NCBI GenBank assembly: GCA_051047955.1
Contig: JBPGPT010000026.1
Location: 124,001 to 188,000, forward strand
From: Cystobasidiomycetes sp. EMM_F5
Lineage: Eukaryota
Length of the DNA stretch: 64,000 nt
Reading direction: 5' to 3'
Position numbers and translations under genes: made by a program
Notes under the pieces: model-generated
The model's input: only the letters and a program-made list of their open reading frames with translations
The model's database searches: none
Told to the model about the DNA's origin: nothing
Shown: in pieces, positions 24,797-35,642 of the stretch
Layout of the letters: each line of letters opens with the position of its first letter
How positions within the stretch are numbered: position 1 is the first letter of the stretch

Positions 24797-25514
24797 ATGG
24801 CTGCACGGAACTGGCGGACGATAGACATCGATGCGCTAGACCCAGAGGGTCAATTGACGGCCGACGAGCTGGTCGACCCGGATCCTAGAAGTCCCGCAGT
24901 TGCCTTGGACCAAGCGCGTAGCAAAAGTCAAGAAGCGCGTAGCGCGCTGCAAAGGTGGGGAGCTCTCTTGCGTGGTTTTTGCTCCCCATAATCCTCCCTT
25001 GGGGCTGACGTCGGCCCTGGTAAGGTCGGATCCATCTGGGGCATTAGCTGCAGCCCTAGTCGATGCGCCTTACGGATCAGCATTGGCGGAAGCAAGCGTT
25101 AGTACAGCTGCACGCAAGTTCTTGAGGTCGTTGAGCTCATTTGATCTCGCTGCGTCAGTCGCTTACCCTTCAGACCGTTTTATCGGTCTTGAACACCGTC
25201 CGAGCAAACGACATATCAAAAGTGGTTACAGCGCTGGATCCTAGCACCCAAGACCAGCTCATGAAATATCTCTACAAAGGCATGGCTTCAGTGGAAGAAG
25301 GCAGCAACTGCTCAGTACTGCTGAATTGGCACGAGAAGGTACGCACAGCTCGGTATCGCCTTCCATTTTCCGCTTGATGCGACGACTGACGATATACCCA
25401 CCTTCGGCGCCTTTCTCTGCCTTTGTCACATATTCCCTTGATGCGTCACAGCTTACTGAAGTCGCCGGCATCGGGTGCATCGTGCGAACAATGTCAGATC
25501 ACCGTCGGGCGTAG
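24797..25514 (+). CDS. ARC15: Arp2/3 complex subunit 5 (p16-Arc)
   Basis: NWRTIDIDALDPE, QDQLMKYLYKGM, SVLLNWHEK/LTEVAGIGCIVRTMSD. Confidence 0.95.
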
Positions 25515-26193
25515 ACAGCTGACACGACGTCTCTACGAGTCGGTTGCACGCTGTATCATCATTTAGTGACTGGGAACGCAGGATGCTCATGTGAGGTTCT
25601 GTACGTTAAAGCGAAAGCCTGATGCCACTTCTCTGGAGTTTCCGCGAATGCTTCAAATGAACGTATATCTTCCATCTTTTAGCAGATCTCTGCGGAGGAT
25701 GGGACTGCGTTCTACATGCCTCTGGCGGCGACGCAAACTGCGGGAACATGCGCCGACAGATAGGAGCTGACAGTACAGCCATTCCAAGTCTGAAGCGCGA
25801 TATTGACACGGTGCTTCGCTTAGCAGATGATTGTCAGCTTACAGCAAGATGCACGCTCTCTTATAGTCGAGCTTCGACAATTGTACAATGCTCCTGATTA
25901 GCCGGTGAAGACGATGATCCAGACGGGCTGATCTCAATTACACGAATGAGGGAACAAACTGAAGAGATATTGACTGTTTCTTTCCAGCATTCGCGCGTTG
26001 AAATACCTGTTGGCAACGCTGACTATCCTCGGCTGAGGATGCGCACGTCATTGCACATTTGTTCAGCGTGCATCTTCAACCGAAGACAGGTGAATACACG
26101 CAACACCATCAATTAAAGAAGAAACCGCTGTGCTGTTGAATCTTTCCTGTACATATAACCTCTCCGCTTCATCTCCTAGCCACGGCATGCCAT

Positions 26194-26940
26194 TCAGCAG
26201 TGGGAAAATAGCTTGCCGTAGCCTTCCACACGATGATCGATGCCTTGACGACGAAGTGCGTACCAGTAAGTTGCGACATTCACTGCGATAACGGGCTTCC
26301 CTAGCCATATCTCGGCAGCTGCTGCCACTCTTGCGCAAGGCAAATTTGCGCCAAACTGAATTATGGCCTCAACATCTGGTCCATCGACTGCTTTGATGGC
26401 GTCAATGATCGTCCGACTTGGTGTATGTGCAATCTCTGCTAGACTTGTCACCGGAACAGAGAAGGTTCGAGCTACATCTTGGTTGACTTCGCGGAAAAAG
26501 TTTCGTAGTTCGGCCTCGCCTCGGCTGCCATAGGGATGGATGACTCCGATTTTACCCTTTACACCCAGCGCCTTGAGTGCGGCTGGAAGGGCTTGAGCGG
26601 CTTGCGTTACTGGGATATCGCCGACGATGCCCTTGATCCGTTGTTCGATGTTTGCAGCTGCTTTCAAGCCTCCGCCCCAAATACTTTCGGCAGATATGCC
26701 CAGGATGATGTGATCAGGTCGGCAGGTCTTCACACGCTCGACTGCGTCCTCTAAGGCTGCATCAATTATCGCCAGCACGGAGTGCGGGTCGTCCGTGGTC
26801 GGCCGGACATCGGGCACAAGGATGCCTTCGCAATGATTCACACAGCCTGCAGGCCGGAGGGCATCGTATTCCATTTGTACGACGGTGTTCACCGACGGTG
26901 TTGGAATGCCGAAAACACAGCGGTAGCCAAGCACGCTCAT
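26194..26940 (-). CDS. Asp/Glu/hydantoin racemase superfamily (maleate isomerase / arylmalonate decarboxylase-like) protein, intronless
   Basis: PSVNTVVQMEY, IGVIHPY, DGPDVEAIIQFGANLP, EIWLGKPVIAVNVATYWYALR, GYGKLF. Confidence 0.85.
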   Translation of the reverse strand: MSVLGYRCVFGIPTPSVNTVVQMEYDALRPAGCVNHCEGILVPDVRPTTDDPHSVLAIIDAALEDAVERVKTCRPDHIILGISAESIWGGGLKAAANIEQRIKGIVGDIPVTQAAQALPAALKALGVKGKIGVIHPYGSRGEAELRNFFREVNQDVARTFSVPVTSLAEIAHTPSRTIIDAIKAVDGPDVEAIIQFGANLPCARVAAAAEIWLGKPVIAVNVATYWYALRRQGIDHRVEGYGKLFSHC

Positions 26941-27087
26941 GTGGAAGTGCTAATCTTAGGGTTGGCGACCGAAGGAACTCGTGCGGTTACGGAAAGTGGA
27001 CGGCTTGTCTTGCTTGCAGCTGTAACGAAAAGCACAAGGCAAACCCGCTTCGACTTTGCGGAACCTGGAGGCAGGGCGCAAATCATG

Positions 27088-27110
27088 TCGGAGTGCGGAG
27101 TCGGAACGGA
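27088..27110 (-). promoter_or_regulatory. CGG-rich motif TCCGTTCCGACTCCGCACTCCGA, ~150 bp upstream of the racemase-like gene
   Basis: Near-identical to the motif at 30108-30128. Confidence 0.6.
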
Positions 27111-27460
27111 AACTTGCGGAGAGGCGTTCGGCCGGCCTAGGGTAGATAGAGTGGGGCGGCGAGCTCCATGGCGCATAGAACAGCACAAGTTTGTAGACCA
27201 GCCTAATTTCAGGCGGTAGGCAATGCACGCTCGATGGTGGAGACAACCGCGTACACACAAGAGTTTAGGTGCCGCAAGTGACGCAACGACTGAGTGCAAA
27301 GTTTACGACATCCAGATTTACAGCAAGCACAGCAGTTGGCTGTAGGACAGACTGGGGTGGCAAGCGAGGGAGCTACAGCTACAGCTAGAGCTCATGCTGC
27401 CAACTTGAGCTTCATCCACATCGTTTGAAATTATAGCTCTGAACTAATACTGAACGTGAG

Positions 27461-29993
27461 CTACAAAGCGTAACGGAAGCTGAGATTCTGTCGATCAGTC
27501 AAATCTTCGAAAGCATGACTGCGTGCACTGTTCAGTTCGTGAGGTGCCGAGATAACCTGAACAGACGTACTCCTCTCTGGCTTCATCGCCGATCTTGTCG
27601 CGCCGCTTGTTCTCCGTTGCCAGAAGGAAACGATATGCCAGGCCGACGAAGACGGAAAGGATTGAGCAAATAAGCACAGCCAATACTCCTGGGTCATGCA
27701 ATGCTCATGTGTTAACTGTGCTTGGCGTGAGGATGGGAACGGCACCACGCACCGCTGTTGTAGTCTGGAGCATCGGTGGCTCTGAAGAACAGAGGAGAAG
27801 CAATATTCCCTATTGCACATATAGATGAGGATCGATTCTGCCTGATACCCAAAGATAGCGGCTTACCGGCACAATAGAACACGTACACCACACCGCTGGC
27901 GATGGACTTCTTCGTCGAACCGCCGCAGTTAGTCGGAACGAAAGTGAGGACTTGTCCAATCACTCCGGCGTAACAGTACATGAGGAATCTGTATCGGCGT
28001 TAGACTCTCCGGCCGAGCGACCGGACGGACAGACGACTTACGCTCCAAAGAGGGCTGGTCCAGAATTTGAGCGAGGTACTTTCCAGAGAATCACCAAGCC
28101 GACTATGACGAACTGCGAAGCGAAGTGAGGTGATATATAGTTCATCCCCTGTTTCAATCCGAAACGCTAGGCAATGGAGATTCACCAGCATGCCACATAC
28201 AGCAACATATACCCTAGAGTTGCGGACTTTCATGCCAATATAACCTCTGCAAGAAGAATAGCAATGTCAGATCACGAGAAGGTACGTTTGAAAGTTGCGC
28301 ACGAACCCTAGTATGCCGAAGATTGTGCCGACTACTGCTCCCGGTGCAGACATGACGACAATCGTATAGGTATCGAAACCCATCGAAGTAAAGATGATGG
28401 GTGCGAATGTGGTGGCCATCGCCGTCGGGCATACGACCAGAAAAGTCAAACAGCCAAGAACCCAGACACGCACATCTAGCAGGGTCTCCCAAACTTGGTC
28501 TTTCTTGAAGTGGTGGTTTTGAACGGTGTCCTGGTTCGTTCGCAGTCGTTCGACGGCCTTGGAGCCGTGATGTCCTCGTCAGCGACCCGAGAGAAGCATG
28601 AAGGTCCTCACTCACGATGTAACGCTGGCGTTCAGTAAGACCGCGCATGGTGCCTTGTGAATTTGGGAGAATGAGGTACGCAAGGATGCCCCATGCCATT
28701 GTTACGGCTCCCCAGAATATGTACAGTAACTGCCATATCTTCAATCCGCTCGGTTGGATGTGTACCAGACCGTAGCTGATCACGGTGCCAAGCGCTCCAG
28801 CACTGAAGCCCAGGCTGTACCAAAGGGGATTCCTCAGAGCTTGTTCAGATTTGGTATACCTGTGCAGGCAGCCGTCAGGCTGGAGAACTGATAGCCATAT
28901 TGTTACGCACCACATGCCAATCATCAACCCGTAAGTGGGTAGAACGCCAGATTCAAAAAAGCCTTGGGCGAATCGCTGAGTCATGACGCCAGCATAACTG
29001 CTACACGCTGGAAAGCATATCACAGTGATGCCCTACCTCGATAATTAGCAAGACAACTTTGCTCGGCCCAGGCGTAAATCCCCTACCCAGAACAGTCTGT
29101 ATCTCTCTACATTAGCAACATGTCTTTTGTCACGTGAATTAGTTACAGCTTACGTGTACAGTGAAGCCATCTTGGCTATGGGGTATCGCTGGGCCAGCTG
29201 CGTCAAAGGGTATGCACCTTGGACTTGCAATCAGCTCTAGAAGTCAAAGCCAACCGTCTATTACACATACCAACTAAGTACCCAACATAAAATATCAACG
29301 TGACATTTGCGTAACGGCCTGTATCGATGACTTTCTTGCCGTTGACTTGTGAGACTTGCGCGAGGTCCTAGGAGGATGGACACGCAGACGAAAATGTGGC
29401 ATGTGGAGAGAGATGTGCAGAAGGGATGTAGACAGAGGACTGTTATTCATGCTCATATCTACAGCGCCCCGCGGCCGTGGCGGACTTACCAAACTGTCGG
29501 TAAGAGGTTGTAAGTCAGCAACGAACGCATTGGGATCTGGAAACTGTATTGAACTGACTCTGCGAGAAGACCGAACAGCGTACCAATGCCGATAATAGCT
29601 GTGATTTCATCTTAGCAAGCCACCCAATAGCTTTGTCTTGATTTAATTTGCCAACCCTTGTCTATAATAAAGAGTCCAAAAGTGATTCCCATCTTATCCG
29701 GAGTCAGCTCCACCATTGTTGCAGGAATATCACAAAGTATACTCACAATCGGCATCATGATCCAATCAATCTTTCGAATCACTTGGGCCTCCTCAACTCG
29801 GTCAAACTGTGGACATGCCCGAGTTACAGCTTAATTCAATAAGGTGAGCGATACTCAGACTGACAGCTTGGGCGTTGATGTTGGCTTTCAGAACCTTTGC
29901 TGCTTCTTCATCACCGATGATTGGCGATGTGCTAGCACCCTGCTGGTGCTGCAGCTCTTCGTGTTGGATATCGTAGATTGACGACTTCTCCAT
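27461..29993 (-). CDS. MFS transporter, allantoate permease / anion:cation symporter family; many small exons
   Basis: VIRKIDWIMMP, RFAQGFFESGVLP, YTKSEQALRNPLWY, WQLLYIFWG, NCGGSTKKS, GNIASPLFF, FEDLTDRQNLSFRYAL. Confidence 0.9.
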
Positions 29994-30107
29994 AATGTGG
30001 CCAAAAAGATGTCTTCGAGCGGAGAGAGGTGCATTGATGTGGAGTCGCCGTATTGCGACTGCCTGGAGCACGTCTTGACTATCGTAAGCCTAAGGGATGC
30101 GGCCCCG

Positions 30108-30164
30108 TCCGTTCCTACTCCGCTCCGAATCCGCCCCGTCGGAATCCAAGAACAGGTCCGACGG
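30108..30164. promoter_or_regulatory. CGG-rich motif TCCGTTCCTACTCCGCTCCGA plus inverted repeat CCGTCGGA-N13-TCCGACGG in the MFS/reductase divergent promoter
   Basis: Read directly; motif 30108-30128, inverted arms 30136-30143 and 30157-30164. Confidence 0.6.
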
Positions 30165-30270
30165 AATCGACAATGGCTTCGATGAAACAAGTAGGGGATG
30201 ACAGCGGTACTCTGGACTGTAGGATAGTCAATCTTCAGCCTCCAATATCATCTCGAATATCAACGCAAAA

Positions 30271-31520
30271 ATGAAGGCAGTCTGGGTCACAAAGGACGTC
30301 CGCGAGATTCGTGATTTCGAGATTCCGAAGCCTGGGCCAGATGAGGTTTTGATAAAGAGTAAGAATGCACAGACTATCCTGGATTAGCCTTGCAGCCAGC
30401 TGATCAAATGGCGCGAAAGACATCGTCGTGAGCTCAAACCCCAAGGACTACAAGGTTCCGCTATGGTACAATAGGTCTTCAGTCGAGGGCAGTGACGCTG
30501 CCGGATATGTCGAAGCCGTAGGATCAGGTGTGACTGCTTTCGTGAGAGGCGACAAGGTAACGAAGACTGCCCTCCGACTCATCCAAGTAGACGAAGTCCT
30601 TGCTGACTAATCACCTTGTCTCAGGTTGCTGCTTTCACGAAAATGGGGTAGGCTGACATTTCGCGCCGTGCAGTCACTTTACTGAGCTCGCGACCTGCGC
30701 TAGATCTGACGACAAATATGGAACGTACGCCGAGTACACAGTGTCACCAGACTGGACAACCTTTACACTTGGTCCAAAAACGTCTTTCGAAGGTAAGCTA
30801 AATCATGTAGATATGCGCAGCGGGCTCTCGTTGACAGCAATGTAATCAGACGCTGCTGCACTCCCGCTAGCTTACATGACCGCAGCAATCGGTCTTTATT
30901 GTAACCTTGGGTACGCGCCAGAGTCGAGTGAAGCTCAACGCCCCTTACTCCTGTACGGCGCCGGAACAACCGTCGGAAACTATGTCATCCAGCTTGCCAA
31001 GCAGTCTGGTATACGCGTAATTGGTGTCGCAGGATCCAGCATACAGCAAGCCAAAAACGCCGGCATCGATGTTACCATCGACTATCGCGGAAAGTCAGAG
31101 GACGAAGTTGCTGCCGAAATCACAGAGGCCATCAAAGGCACACCTGTTCACGTCTACGACGCGGTCTCAGTACCTCCATCCACTGAAATTATAGCGAAAG
31201 GCCTCGACCAGGACAGTCAAGGAATCTACACTTACGTACAACATCCGAGCGAAGAGCGCCTCAAGCTGTTACCAGCCGGTTACGTGACTCTGCGCACCGC
31301 AGTTGGAACAGCTCATGCCGAGAATAAGGAGTTTGCTCGTGAGTGGTTCAAGAAGGCGGGCAAGGAGATAGAGGAGGGCATCTTCAAAGCACAGAAGACC
31401 ACCATCATTCCTGACGGACTTGCAGGCGTTAAGGAAGGTCTTAGGAGACTGGAAGCCGGAGAAGTGAACGGGGAGAAATTGGTGTATCGGATAGCGGACA
31501 CACCAGGCATAGTCGCTTGA
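30271..31520 (+). CDS. Medium-chain dehydrogenase/reductase, enoyl/quinone reductase (ToxD/LovC)-like
   Basis: SSNPKDYK, GSDAAGYVEAVGSGV, YGTYAEY, LLLYGAGTTVGNYVIQLAK, GEKLVYRI. Confidence 0.88.
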
Positions 31521-31532
31521 CGCGTTGTTCTA

Positions 31533-33506
31533 TTAATGTCGTTGCTCCAAGACTTCGTCAGCCGAGCGACTGATACTTTCCCAGGCTTGTAAGATGTGTT
31601 TGGACTGTGTGCTATGACCTCCAATGGCCATTCTGACACAGAAAATGCCGCCGATGATGGTAGACGCTGTATTGACAATATCAGCTGTGCTCTGTGACTC
31701 ACAGACTCAGCAGGCATATGCAAACTCACTCAATTGTAGCGACTTGTTCTTGTGAAGATTAGCATATAGTGCTTTGTTCAGATTGTCAAGCTGCTCGGTT
31801 TTTCCCGAAAGGCTTGCAGGAGCCAGGCGAAAGACCACCAGAGCTAGTGATCGGGGTGTTACTAGCTCAAAGCGGTCGTCCGCCTTGACTCGAGCCTCAA
31901 AGTCTTGCGCCAGATTTATGCTGCGCTGCAAATGCGCCTGGAACCCAGAAACACCGTATGAGCGAAGGACAAACAAGAGCTTGAGAGAACGGAAGCGGCG
32001 ACCAAGAGCCAAACCCCAATTACGGTAATCGGTCACAGCCCCTTGATGTGCATGGTTGCGGAGGAATGGCGGCGTGACGTCCAACACTTCCGTCAAAAGC
32101 CTAGAGTCGCGCATGAAGAAGCAGGAGGCATCAAAAGCCACCAGCTGGTCAAAGTATCAGCAAGGCACTATGAGGATAACCTCGCAATCCGACCTACCCC
32201 GCTTTTGTGGGTGTTCGTGCAGAAGCTATGTACCTCTCCGATACTGTCTTCTCCATCAATTTCTCCACGCTTGTTGATGGCATCCAACTGTAGCTGTTTT
32301 CGTAATTCCGGTATGGCCAGATCTGTCACCTACACTCAGTCATTCAATTGCCTCTGGGCATAGGTGATCTTGACTTACACACGCCCGCCCACGCAGCGTC
32401 GACATGCACAAAGACCGAAGGGAAGAGCTTGACTACTGCGACGTCAGATAGAGTCTCGACCACTCCCAGTGTACACTCACCGGTGTCGCATACTTCTGAA
32501 ATATTGTCTACTGCGCCAGAACTGGTGGTTCCGACTGTTGCGACTAGCAGCGGATGTGTCAGCTTGAGCGAAGCACCCTCTACGACAGCTACCGGCGTAC
32601 TGATCATAAAAGGTATGTAGCCTTTCGCGCTGTCCGCCTCGAAAGCGGCTTTCACACTTGCTCCTGTCAGCGCCCAATTATCTTCCGCATATGTTTCGAT
32701 GGATCGGAAGGGCAATCCAAGAATAAGACCCGCTTTAGCTCCGAGACTGTGCGTCTGTGTGGATCCGTACATGACCAGCTGTGGGAGTATGTCGCCTCTT
32801 GACTTTCCTCTGAATGCAGGTCTAGCGAGCGTCATGCGAATGGCACGCTCTCGAGCGGCTACGGCTGCGACAAGAGCCGCCTCAGATGCTGTTGTCTGGA
32901 TGACACCATTCTTGCAGAATGTCTCCGCATCTAGCCCAAGCATTTGTCCAACCCAGTCGGTCATTGCCTGCTCGACCTCAGTGGCAGCGGGGTTACAACT
33001 ATGGTTGAAACCTGGGGTGGACGTTGCAGTTGCATAAATATCTGCGATGATGCTTTCGAATGTACTATTGGACGGGAAGTAAGCAAAGAAGCTGGGGTGT
33101 TGCCAGTGACACTGCAAGCAGGTGGAATATCAGCTTTTGCGCGCTTAGCATTGAATAGCTGGACACTTAGTACTGTTCCCGGCAAAATAATGTCATTGAA
33201 TGAGTTTTGCACAGTCGCAAAATCTTCAGGCTGTTCTGGCGGAGCCTCTGGGTGCACAACAACATCAGATGCCGATAACTTCAGCACGGTTGTGACATAC
33301 TGGCTATCTGTCGCAGTATATCTCCCGGCTGTATTGACGGTGCGACTTGAAAACCATCTTCGCTTGAGCCTTTTTGCAGCTTCTCGTAGTATGCTGCGAC
33401 CTCTTCGATGGCTCTGTGGCCAGCTTTACGGAACCTTTATGGCCAAGCGTCAGCTTCACATCAAGTTTATCCGTAAGGTCACTTCTTCGTACGCGTCCGC
33501 ATCCAT
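31533..33506 (-). CDS. PLP-dependent group II decarboxylase (aromatic-L-amino-acid decarboxylase-like)
   Basis: FRKAGHRAIE, HWQHPSFFAYFP, NPAATEVE, ATVGTTSSGAVD, HVDAAWAG, DYRNWGLALGRRFRSLK. Confidence 0.93.
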
Positions 33507-33845
33507 TGCTGATGTTGGGAGAAGACAGCTCAACGACTCCGCGAAGCTTTCGGACGTCCGTTTCTACACGTCGGTATCTTTCGGACATTTGATACGTGTT
33601 TGCTCCGAACATGCGAGAAGTCGCTGCCGTGACAGCGGAGAAGACACACCTTGCTCTGTAAATCACAACAGCATAACCCCTTGCCCGCCATTCCTACCAA
33701 CTACCGCCTCCGCTACCATTGCTACTGACTACGTTGCAGTACCGCTCAAACTAACCTTACCACGCTGTCCGACCCACTGACCCCGGTTGCGCGTCCCAGT
33801 AACCAATGCAAAATGATGACACCTATCTGCGTACAGAACCGACAA

Positions 33846-34992
33846 TTACGTTGCGACGACAGGCTTGCCAGCAACATCGTCTGTGATCTCCTGGATTTTG
33901 GGACCAGGGGATGAGTTGGATTTGGCAATGAAGCTACGACTCGCGAGAACTCTTAGTACAATGTCATGCAAAGACATCAATATCGCAAGCCCCACCCTCT
34001 GAAAGCGTTCTTGTGCTTTTCATCGCGACTTTTCTCCGCAGCGTCCAGAATCTTGAGCTCGTTGGCAACCGCAGGGTCTGCCGAGTAATAAGGGATGGGC
34101 AGACATGATACAGGTAGACAAAGCCAACTGACCGTCACTCTTCCCCTTCAACTCCACTAGAAGTTGCCGACCTTTGGTAATTTCACCTAATCGAACATAC
34201 GCTTGCGCCTGCCGGAATGCCGCCTGTGCGACGGAGAATAATGAGTCAGGTTTGACGTGCATGGACTGAGCGAGTTTTTCAATGGCCCACCTTGGTGTTG
34301 GCCGGATCTTCCTTCAGGGCTCTGGAAATACGCGAACGCACGCGTGTGAGTAGAAGCGTGTCTCAAGCACAAGCGAGTACACCCACTCGGCGGCATTCCG
34401 CTTGCAAGCCGACCAATTCTCCTTCTTTGCGTGACATGTGGCCATATTGGTGTAGCATTGAGCCAGAGTCTTCTTGATGGCGTCACTAGAGTACTTTTCG
34501 TCGTCTGCTTCCGAAGCGGCCTCATCTGCTTCTGCTTGAGAGCCTTGTTGACTCTCTTCATCTTCGTTCTCAGGCTTCTCTCCTCCGGCAGCATCGTCGG
34601 GAAGCTCTGTTATTGTGGCTTGTGTTGTTGCAACTTTGGGTTTGAAGGATGTTGGGACTGGCAGGTTGCCTGTGTTGAGACCTTTGAGGAGAGTCACGAC
34701 ATTGTAGTATGCCTTGATTGCTGCTGGATAGTTTCCAGACCTGACTGGAAATGGAGACGTGTAAATGCGTTCAGTGGCGCTGGAGGGACCGTGCCGTATT
34801 GGACTGCCTACAAGCGTTGTTGCCTGTGTTCATCATAGTAAGTACACGCGGTACACATGCCATAGCCCGGAACCAGACTGCTCACCTTCCTCCTTGAAAA
34901 CGAGCGCCCTGTCGACCTTTGCCTGAATGATGACGGTTTGTTAATTCGGATGTCGGCTCTGAGCGCAGCACCCATCTCACACGCTGATCCAT
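33846..34992 (-). CDS. TPR-repeat protein (multi-exon)
   Basis: ALVFKEEG, CYTNMATCHAKKENW, AAFRQAQAYVRLGE TPR-like helices. Confidence 0.7.
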
Positions 34993-35642
34993 GGTGGTCT
35001 AAGAGAGCGCAGGACGTTCAGATGCAGTCGGCAGTCGCAAGTTGTCAGAGACCAAACGCGCAAATTGCAGGCAATGGGTGGATTACAAGACTGCCAACAC
35101 GTTGGAGCGTCAGACAGCTGACGGGTAAGGCAGTAACTCGCAAAGGTCTGTATGATAGACAGTGACATTCTTATGATGCACGGTTATGAACTCGTGCACG
35201 CTGCTAAAGAGGTGACTTTAATTCACTTTCGTCATTTCTGCTTACATAGTCTGGCTACGATTCAGATTAAACAGGGCTTCTGCGCAGATTTTGGCGACAC
35301 CCAAACAACTGCGTGTAGTCTTGAGTGTCATAAAAGGCATTTCCATTACAATGATTGCGCAACCAAAGATACCCTCGCCTTGCTTGTTGTGCCTGGCAGT
35401 CGACCATGATCAACGATTGCAATCAAGCAGGTGCACCGAGTTTTGGCAGAGTCGACTGAAAGTATCGCAATTTGCGAGTGATTGCTGCATACATCGGCCT
35501 GTTGCATGTGTCCCATTCCGACGTTTGCTGTGGAATTTGTCAGAGTGTCCCGCGTCCATGCCTTTGCCCTGCCGGCAACTCGCGCTTGACCTTGCTCCCC
35601 CCAATTGCGCAGCCCGTCCAAGAACCAGCCAGAGCCGCCGCC

